DNA of 64,000 nt from a virus, in IMG/VR virus record IMGVR_UViG_3300010371_000030, positions 1 through 64,000 of that record; one strand, 5' to 3'. Positions within the stretch are counted from its first letter, which is position 1, and every line of letters starts with the position of its first letter. Shown here in pieces: positions 18,268-25,058 of the stretch. The notes under the pieces are model-generated. The model saw only the letters and a program-made list of their open reading frames with translations. It made no database searches and was not told where the DNA came from. A program made the position numbers and the translations under genes.

Positions 18268-19425
18268 CTACTGTCCGACGGCTGCGAGCGCTTCCCGCAG
18301 TCGCTTCAACCCCTCTTCCAGTTCGTCAGGACTGATGTTGAGGGGAGGAGTGATCTTGATGACGCCGACACCGCGCCGGAAGGCGCCGATGATCAGGCCT
18401 CTCTTCATGGCTTCGTTGGCCACATCGAAGATGCTTACATCGCAGTCGAAAGCGACCATGGCGCCGACGCGACGAATGGCGCCCACGTGCGGCATGCCCT
18501 CGATTCCCTTGGCGATGATCTGGCCCACGGTCTCCGGAACGCCTCGGTGGAGGTCCAGCCAATCCATCATCCCATCGATGGCGAGCATTCCGAGTCCGGA
18601 GCCACCGAACGTGGAGAAGTGGGTGCCAGGAGTGAATGCCTGGCTGTACGGCATCTCGGCCACGACCGCGGCCACCGGGAAGCCCATGCCCAGCCCCTTG
18701 GCGAACACGGAGATGTTCGGCCGGAAGTCGCCCCGGAACCTGTCAGCGTAGCTCATCGTGCCGGAGCGCCCCGCACCCGTCTGAACCTCGTCCCAGATCA
18801 CGGGCGCTCCGAGAGCGAAGGCACGACGGTGAACGGAGCGGAGCCACTGCTGATCATACGGGCGAACGTCGTTGGAGCACGCGACCGGCGACAGGAGCAC
18901 GGCGGCGCAATCTTCCCCGATGCCCCTGGGCTCGGTGAAGCGCTGGAATCCCTCCGGCAGCGGGCCATAGCCGTCCGTGTGATACGACGGGCAATCGCCG
19001 CTCGCCATCGAGGCGTACGTGCGCCCGTGATACGCCCCGGCGACCGTGTAGATGGTCGTACGCGCGTTCTGCTTGTCGATGTCCCATTGCCATCGTCGGG
19101 CGAGCTTGATCGCAGTCTCGATGCCTTCTGTCCCCGACGTACAGAAGAACACGTGGTCCATCTCCAACTTGGAGCAGAGGCGCGCCGCCAGCTTCTCCCG
19201 GAACGGCCAGTTGAAGATACACGGCACGTGGAACGGAACACTCACAGTTCCAGTCGCCGCACGATTGAGCATCTGCGAGTGCTCTGTCGAGTTGTATCCC
19301 AGCGATGCCGCTCCGCTATCGGCAAAGAAGTCGATGAACGCGCGACCATCCTGCGCATACAGAGTAGCGCCGCTGGCGTCCACGAAGGGAACGTCACGAA
19401 CGGTCACTGTGGACATCAGATGCAT
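18268..19425 (-). CDS. Class-III PLP-dependent aminotransferase (ArgD/ornithine aminotransferase-like), copy 2
   Basis: SGTEGIETAIKLAR, AYHGRT, WDEVQTGAGRSG, FAKGLG (PLP Lys) and HFSTFGG. Confidence 0.92.
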   Translation of the reverse strand: MHLMSTVTVRDVPFVDASGATLYAQDGRAFIDFFADSGAASLGYNSTEHSQMLNRAATGTVSVPFHVPCIFNWPFREKLAARLCSKLEMDHVFFCTSGTEGIETAIKLARRWQWDIDKQNARTTIYTVAGAYHGRTYASMASGDCPSYHTDGYGPLPEGFQRFTEPRGIGEDCAAVLLSPVACSNDVRPYDQQWLRSVHRRAFALGAPVIWDEVQTGAGRSGTMSYADRFRGDFRPNISVFAKGLGMGFPVAAVVAEMPYSQAFTPGTHFSTFGGSGLGMLAIDGMMDWLDLHRGVPETVGQIIAKGIEGMPHVGAIRRVGAMVAFDCDVSIFDVANEAMKRGLIIGAFRRGVGVIKITPPLNISPDELEEGLKRLREALAAVGQ

Positions 19426-19973
19426 TTCCAGATCTCCTGGTTGGCTCGCTTCAAGACGTCGGCCGGGGCGAGCGCTCCGGTGGGGATACGGCAAGGCATC
19501 CCAAACAGATGGTAGGACCAGTGTAGAATAGCATCCTGTAGCTGGTCATGACGAACGCGCATCATTCGACGCTCCGGGGCGAGCCTCGCGCTGGCGGTCT
19601 CGTGACTCACGGTCAGCACGATAGGAACGATGGTTACGCCCTCCAGTAGGCGCAACCAAACGCGGCACATGTCCGCTCCGATGCTCGGCGGGGTGCCGGC
19701 GTATGCCAGCCCCGACGGCAGCGAGCGGTCCAGGATGAACGACTGCCGCGCTGACAGCGCGCTGACAGCATCCGCGATGAACAGGTCCTCTACTGGCGAG
19801 TTGAAGGGCACGCGCAGACGCCGCAGAAGCTCATCGCCGCTGCCATTGTTCCCCCAGTGGCCCTTCCTGAAGGCTTGGAACGGCTTGAGCTCCACCAAGT
19901 CGTGTTGTTCCTTGAGGGCAGTGACCAGCGTGGACTTGCCGCCGCCGTTGACACCTTCAACGACCACGAGCAC
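19416..19973 (-). CDS. Thymidylate/dNMP kinase-like P-loop kinase
   Basis: VVVEGVNGGGKST and ILDRSLPSGLAY. Confidence 0.85.
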   Translation of the reverse strand: MLVVVEGVNGGGKSTLVTALKEQHDLVELKPFQAFRKGHWGNNGSGDELLRRLRVPFNSPVEDLFIADAVSALSARQSFILDRSLPSGLAYAGTPPSIGADMCRVWLRLLEGVTIVPIVLTVSHETASARLAPERRMMRVRHDQLQDAILHWSYHLFGMPCRIPTGALAPADVLKRANQEIWKCI

Positions 19974-21093
19974 CGGACATCTCCCTGGCTGCTTCGTTCA
20001 TGATCGCCAACCCGTGCTCCAGCTCCGCGCGAACGATGTTGAGAGGCGGGGCAATCTTGACCGGGTTGGGCCGCCACGCTCCGAGGATGAGACCACGCTC
20101 GCCACAGAGCCGGGCGAACGATCGCGCGTCTCCTCGGATGTCGAAGGCGATCATCAGGCCAACGCCACGGACCGCCCGAACCCAGGAGCTGCGCTCCAGA
20201 TGCTCACGAAGCCATTCGCCATTCTCGTGAATGCTCTTCAGCAGCGACGGCGTGAGAGCATCGATCATGGCGTTGATGAACACCATCTGAATAGGATTGC
20301 CTCCGAACGTGGAGAAGTGCGTACCAGGGGTGAACGTGTCCGCCAACTTCTCGTTGGCGAGCGTCGCGCCGACAGGGATGCCCATGCCCAGCCCCTTGGC
20401 CAAGCATACGATGTCAGGACGCGGGCGCAGGTGGTTCCATGCTCCGGCGCGACCAGACCCGCTCTGGACCTCATCGAAGATGAGCACGATATCGTTGGCG
20501 TCTGCGTACGTTCGGAGCGCCTTCAGGAAGGCACGGCTGAGCACTCGGACGTCGTGGTGGCCGAACACAGGCGCCAGGAGGATGGCCGCGGCGTCGCGCG
20601 GAATCTCCTCCAGCTCGTTGAACTTGTAGAAGCCCTCCGGCATCGGGCCGAAGCCGTCCGTGTGGTATGGCGGCCCATCGCCCGCTGCGACCGTTGCCAG
20701 CGAACGTCCGTGGAAACCTCCCGCCATGGCGTAGATGTCCGACCGTCCGGTGCCGCGCTTGTGGTGCCATAGACGAGCGAGCTTGATAGCGGCCTCCACG
20801 GACTCCGCGCCGCTGCTACTGAAGAACACCTTGGACATGCCTGTCGTCGCGCAGAGACGACGGGCCGCCAAGTCGCGCTCCGGAAACGGGCAGATGTTCG
20901 GCACATGGACCGGGATGCCTTCCCTCACGATACGCACCATGGCCGCCGTGGCTTCCGTCGAGTTGTACCCCATCGAAGCGGTGCCCGTGTCGGTGAAGAA
21001 GTCCAGATGCTTCCGTCCACCATCGTCGATCAGGTATGGCCCTTCGCCGCCCACGAACAGATTCGGCTTGTATTCGACCGTCGACATCAGCAT
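19957..21093 (-). CDS. Class-III PLP-dependent aminotransferase, copy 1
   Basis: SGAESVEAAIKLAR, GFHGRS, FDEVQSGSGRAG, LAKGLG and HFSTFGGNP. Confidence 0.92.
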   Translation of the reverse strand: MLMSTVEYKPNLFVGGEGPYLIDDGGRKHLDFFTDTGTASMGYNSTEATAAMVRIVREGIPVHVPNICPFPERDLAARRLCATTGMSKVFFSSSGAESVEAAIKLARLWHHKRGTGRSDIYAMAGGFHGRSLATVAAGDGPPYHTDGFGPMPEGFYKFNELEEIPRDAAAILLAPVFGHHDVRVLSRAFLKALRTYADANDIVLIFDEVQSGSGRAGAWNHLRPRPDIVCLAKGLGMGIPVGATLANEKLADTFTPGTHFSTFGGNPIQMVFINAMIDALTPSLLKSIHENGEWLREHLERSSWVRAVRGVGLMIAFDIRGDARSFARLCGERGLILGAWRPNPVKIAPPLNIVRAELEHGLAIMNEAAREMSGARGR

Positions 21094-21096
21094 GGT

Positions 21097-21993
21097 TTAG
21101 ATCCCCAACCAGGCCAGAACGGCCTGCCAGTCGTTGACGCGAGTGATGTTGGCTTGTTCGGGCATATCTCGATTGCGAGGAGTGTCGAACAGGAGTACAG
21201 GCACCCCGATGGCAGCCAAGGCAGTGGCGTTACGCGTGTGGTCCTCCACGAACGCCCGCGGCCAAGCGGGTTGGATATGGTGATAAACCGCCTCGCACTT
21301 GTCCTTATTGAAGAGCAGCAGATCGTAGGGCACATCGTGGCGCGTCAGCCAATCCATCGTATCGCCCTGAAGACGACGATACTGCCACTGGGGTCGCGCC
21401 GTGACGACCGCGATGGTGTACCCGTGCGCCTTGACCTTCCGGAGCGCTTCCGGCGCGCCTCGGACAGGAGGGCACCGGAGGAAGCCGCCCGATCTGTTCC
21501 ACTCGTCTTTGAACGCTTCCTCGTTGGCCTGGATCGCAGCCGGAGTGGCACCGTCGATGGCTTCCAGCAGGGCGCGCCATTCGCTAATGTCCACCACGAC
21601 GTCATCGAGATCCACGCACAGAAGCTTGGTAGTCGCTTCCAGACTCGTGCGCTCCGCCTCGGCTCGCGCCGTCGTGATCGCGGTCTTGCGACGGAACGCG
21701 TCCATCAGTTGTTCGGCGGTGATGCCGTTCAACTGTGCCCAAGCCAGAGCGCACTTGAATACATCGGCAACATCTTCCGCCGCGTCCATCTGAACGACGG
21801 CCGGCATACGCAGGAGGTGTCGCTTGTAGCCCGGAACGTGTCGCCCCAGGTCGGTGACTTCCTCGTGTGCTTGGGCCACTAGCTCGGTGGCGACGGTTCG
21901 CCGTTCGGCATCATTCAGCCCGGCCGGATCCAGCCCCAGTGCTTCCTGCTGCTCGCGTTGAAGCGTGTACATCTCTGACAGGCGATCACGCAT
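21097..21993 (-). CDS. Fusion of an all-alpha NTP pyrophosphatase (MazG/dimeric dUTPase-like) and a HAD 5'(3')-nucleotidase
   Basis: N-terminal HEEVTDL...YKRH...EDVADVF; C-terminal HAD motifs CVDLDDV, VVTARP, K and FVEDH. Confidence 0.8.
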   Translation of the reverse strand: MRDRLSEMYTLQREQQEALGLDPAGLNDAERRTVATELVAQAHEEVTDLGRHVPGYKRHLLRMPAVVQMDAAEDVADVFKCALAWAQLNGITAEQLMDAFRRKTAITTARAEAERTSLEATTKLLCVDLDDVVVDISEWRALLEAIDGATPAAIQANEEAFKDEWNRSGGFLRCPPVRGAPEALRKVKAHGYTIAVVTARPQWQYRRLQGDTMDWLTRHDVPYDLLLFNKDKCEAVYHHIQPAWPRAFVEDHTRNATALAAIGVPVLLFDTPRNRDMPEQANITRVNDWQAVLAWLGI

Positions 21994-23029
21994 AACGTTG
22001 CCAACCCCACTCGGAGCACATCGCGTACGCTCGCTCCAGAACGACATCCGCCGTTGCCCTTGGATCCCACTGCGCGAACCGACCGAGCGGCTGGATGTGC
22101 GCCGGCCAGGCGGGCTCTCTCTCCAGAGGCAGCAGATGCCCATTCAGCCCCTTGGCCACACGTCGGATGGCCCATCCGTTCGGGAACAGGAAGTTGAGAT
22201 CGCTAGTGAGACCGACGGTGATCCGCTCGTCGCCCTCGGGCCACGCTCCGTTGAACTCACACGCATACCCATCCTCAAACGGATAGATGCGGTGGATGAG
22301 CCCGTCCGGTGTATATGGCGTGTAGATGTAGTCCCACTGGCTGTACGGATCCTTGAGGGCGCCTGGAACCTTCTCACCGCCGCCAGCCACGATCTTGTGC
22401 GGCTCGATGTACACCACGTTGAGACGGATTGCGAGCGCATCCGGGAGCCGGAAGAACATCGCCCGCTGCGCCGCCCAGAGCGGCGCCGTCCAGATCAGGT
22501 AATCATATGGATACACCGCTCCAGAAGTGGCGGTGATCTCGGCGGGCTCCACCTTCGCCACGGCATCTCGCTGTACGAAGGCCTGCCGTTGTAGACGCTC
22601 CACGACGTCCGAAGCATCGCACCGGAGGGCGAGCCGAGCGCCCGTGGCTTCAGGATCGTTCATGGACTTGCCGCTGAACGACGGATCAGGCTCGGTCTGC
22701 CGTGTCTTCCTGTAGTGGTCTTGCTGGATGCGCTTGGCCGCTTCCGTTGGCATCCCGCGGAGCACATCCGGATACGCCTCCACCTTCCCCCGGAGATGGA
22801 TGCCGCCCATCACCGTGTACTGGGTGAATACACCGCCGATGTCGATGATCATCGACTTCATCTCATCGGACGCGTGGAGGTAGCGCAGACCGCCCGAGAG
22901 CCATTCGCCGCCGACGCGCCCTGGCTCCAGGACGATGGGCGACGTATGTTTGTGCTGCTTCGCCACGTAGTTGGCGATCAACCCCGCTACGCCAGCACCG
23001 ATGATGACCACTCTCATCTTGTCAGCCAC
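21986..23029 (-). CDS. FAD/NAD(P)-binding oxidoreductase (UDP-galactopyranose mutase / amine oxidase superfamily)
   Basis: Rossmann motif VIIGAGVAG...LE...VGG, GLRYLH, YDYLIWTAP and C-terminal LGRFAQW; GTG start after GGAGG. Confidence 0.82.
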   Translation of the reverse strand: MADKMRVVIIGAGVAGLIANYVAKQHKHTSPIVLEPGRVGGEWLSGGLRYLHASDEMKSMIIDIGGVFTQYTVMGGIHLRGKVEAYPDVLRGMPTEAAKRIQQDHYRKTRQTEPDPSFSGKSMNDPEATGARLALRCDASDVVERLQRQAFVQRDAVAKVEPAEITATSGAVYPYDYLIWTAPLWAAQRAMFFRLPDALAIRLNVVYIEPHKIVAGGGEKVPGALKDPYSQWDYIYTPYTPDGLIHRIYPFEDGYACEFNGAWPEGDERITVGLTSDLNFLFPNGWAIRRVAKGLNGHLLPLEREPAWPAHIQPLGRFAQWDPRATADVVLERAYAMCSEWGWQRYA

Positions 23030-23041
23030 GTTCGCCTCCAC

Positions 23042-23115
23042 GAGAAAAGCGGAAGGGCCCAACACGCTCCGCGGAGAGATCAGCCAGATCACGCGGCGGC
23101 ACGTTGGGCCCTTCC
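23042..23115 (-). terminator. Long stem-loop followed by a U-rich tract (terminator/attenuator or processing site)
   Basis: 13-bp perfect arms GGAAGGGCCCAAC (23051..23063) / GTTGGGCCCTTCC (23103..23115), inner pairing, then GCTTTTCTC on the minus strand. Confidence 0.6.
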
Positions 23116-23122
23116 TCCACGG

Positions 23123-24043
23123 TCACTCCAGGTGACGGCCGTTTGCGACCGTGGACAAGTCGAGAATACCTGCTCTCACGGCGCGGTCTAGCGCCTCAGC
23201 CACGAGAGCTGCCCCGCCTTTGTCAAGGCGGTGGAATCGAACCTTGAACGCTCCGTCCCTGCCCGTGTAGTCTTCCGGACTCAAACGAGCCCTGTTCTGG
23301 AGGGAGAACATGCCGATGAATGATTTGTAGTCACAGGCGACACGCACCTCCAGCACGCCGTTGTTCGGACGGAAGTACATGGAAGTGACTGCCATACGTC
23401 CACCGTCGTCTGTCTTCATGTACAGTGAGCAGTATCCGCTCCGTGCGCGACGGTCGACCATGAAGAACTGCCCCGGCTCCGCCTCGCCCTGGCTCGTGGC
23501 CATGGTCCGGGCGAGGCGCGACAGGACGTTCTGCTGGTAGTGGTCGCCAATCTCCTCCACGATTCGGCGACCTTCGACGTTGGGCACGAGCTTGCCACGG
23601 GAAGCGCCCGGCTTCTTCACGACGAGCGGAGCCTTGCTCACGACCGACTTGACAGCAGAGCTGACAACGGCGGTGGCAGGACGGATGCCGCCTTGCGTTA
23701 CCAGCGGGGCGTGCGCCGCTACACCGTCCTTGATCTTGCAGCGAGCGATCGTGGTCGACACGGCTTTCTGTAGCTCGTCATCATCGCCAGCGGCGATAGC
23801 GTACGACGACACATGCCCGTCGGCGCCTCGGGCTCGCACAATCTGGATGAGCTGCGACCGCTCCAGCCGGTTGGAACGTCCGTAGATGCCGGTGGCGACG
23901 CATCGGTCACGATACACGCATGGCATCCGGTCCGCCTCCGTCTCGCCGGAGGGGGCGCCGTCGCACTGCTCATCGCCTCGGTGGTACGTGGCGACGCACA
24001 GCGGCATCAGCGTCTTGTTCCCCTTGTACGGTTGCTCACCCAT
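23123..24043 (-). CDS. Hypothetical protein with Cys-rich N-terminus
   Basis: Likely start MGEQPY overlaps the end of the sigma-factor gene. Confidence 0.7.
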   Translation of the reverse strand: MGEQPYKGNKTLMPLCVATYHRGDEQCDGAPSGETEADRMPCVYRDRCVATGIYGRSNRLERSQLIQIVRARGADGHVSSYAIAAGDDDELQKAVSTTIARCKIKDGVAAHAPLVTQGGIRPATAVVSSAVKSVVSKAPLVVKKPGASRGKLVPNVEGRRIVEEIGDHYQQNVLSRLARTMATSQGEAEPGQFFMVDRRARSGYCSLYMKTDDGGRMAVTSMYFRPNNGVLEVRVACDYKSFIGMFSLQNRARLSPEDYTGRDGAFKVRFHRLDKGGAALVAEALDRAVRAGILDLSTVANGRHLE

Positions 24044-25058
24044 CTTGCACCTCGGCCGTATGCTTCCGCTTGGCGAGCGCCTTGTTGAGCTCGCCATACC
24101 AAGGCAAGTAGTCCGACACCTGTTTCCAGTGGCCAGCGACGCCGATGACTTCGCCCGTCCTGTGGTTGAACCGTCCCTCCAGCAGGAGCGTCGCTTGGCG
24201 CTCATCATCGAGCCGCAGGTGCACGATGGAGCCCCATTCGTAGTGCTCGATGATCCTGTGGATGTCGCCGTCCGACGTCGCATCGACAGCGGCACAAGGG
24301 CGTGCGTCCAGCTGTCGAGCGTCGATGAGCGTCTGGATGAACAGGACGTCGGCGGCCATGTCGCTCTTATACACCATCGGCCAGCGCCCGTCGCGCATCG
24401 ACGCCTCGATGATGTCGATGTATTCGGACTCCTCCAGGATGATGGTGAACAGTCGCTTGATCTTGTGTACAGACCAGTCGATCTCATTCTTGTTCAGCCC
24501 GAGGAAGCCACCGATGGCGTCGATGGTCGGACTCTCAATGCCCCTGTTCCTCATGTAGATCAGGAACGCTTCCGAGGGCTGCGATTGGCACTCGAACACG
24601 TCACGCTCCCGGCCAGACAGGGACATCATCAGCCGGAGGCGGAGCAGCCGGATGCGCTCGTCTGCTTCCGCGTGGAGGTACTCCGACTCTGGGCAGCCCT
24701 CGTCAGGCGGGTCAAGCAGAGGGTGCGACTCCATCGACTCCACGCTGTAGCGCAGCAGACGCTCGGAGCCGTCGGGAGACGTCACCACCACGTGCGGAGC
24801 CCTCATCTGCGCCGTCGCTGCGTACATCAGCCCGCACATCGCGTTCCTGATCACCCTTCGGGCGTAGGCTTTGATGCCGCCGCGGCTCTTGGCGTAATCG
24901 TAGTGCGGGAGCGACATCAGCAGAGCGATGCGCGCTTCCTGCTCAGCATCATCTCTGTCAACACCGAGCGCGCGGTGGAAGCGCTCCGACTCATCGCGGA
25001 TGACCCCCTCCACGTGCGGTACCAGCTCTTGGTACAGAGTGTCAAATGTAACGTTCAT
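24036..25058 (-). CDS. Sigma-70 family RNA polymerase sigma factor-like protein
   Basis: Region 2-like DRDDAEQEARIALLMSLPHYDYAKS...KAYARRVIRN; region 4-like LSGRERDVF...TIDAIGGFLGL. Confidence 0.75.
   Translation of the reverse strand: MNVTFDTLYQELVPHVEGVIRDESERFHRALGVDRDDAEQEARIALLMSLPHYDYAKSRGGIKAYARRVIRNAMCGLMYAATAQMRAPHVVVTSPDGSERLLRYSVESMESHPLLDPPDEGCPESEYLHAEADERIRLLRLRLMMSLSGRERDVFECQSQPSEAFLIYMRNRGIESPTIDAIGGFLGLNKNEIDWSVHKIKRLFTIILEESEYIDIIEASMRDGRWPMVYKSDMAADVLFIQTLIDARQLDARPCAAVDATSDGDIHRIIEHYEWGSIVHLRLDDERQATLLLEGRFNHRTGEVIGVAGHWKQVSDYLPWYGELNKALAKRKHTAEVQDG

Noticed and set aside
18268-21093. Arginine biosynthesis (argD) host-derived island
   Set aside because: No other arg genes, an altered substrate loop, and interleaving with nucleotide enzymes in a phage operon
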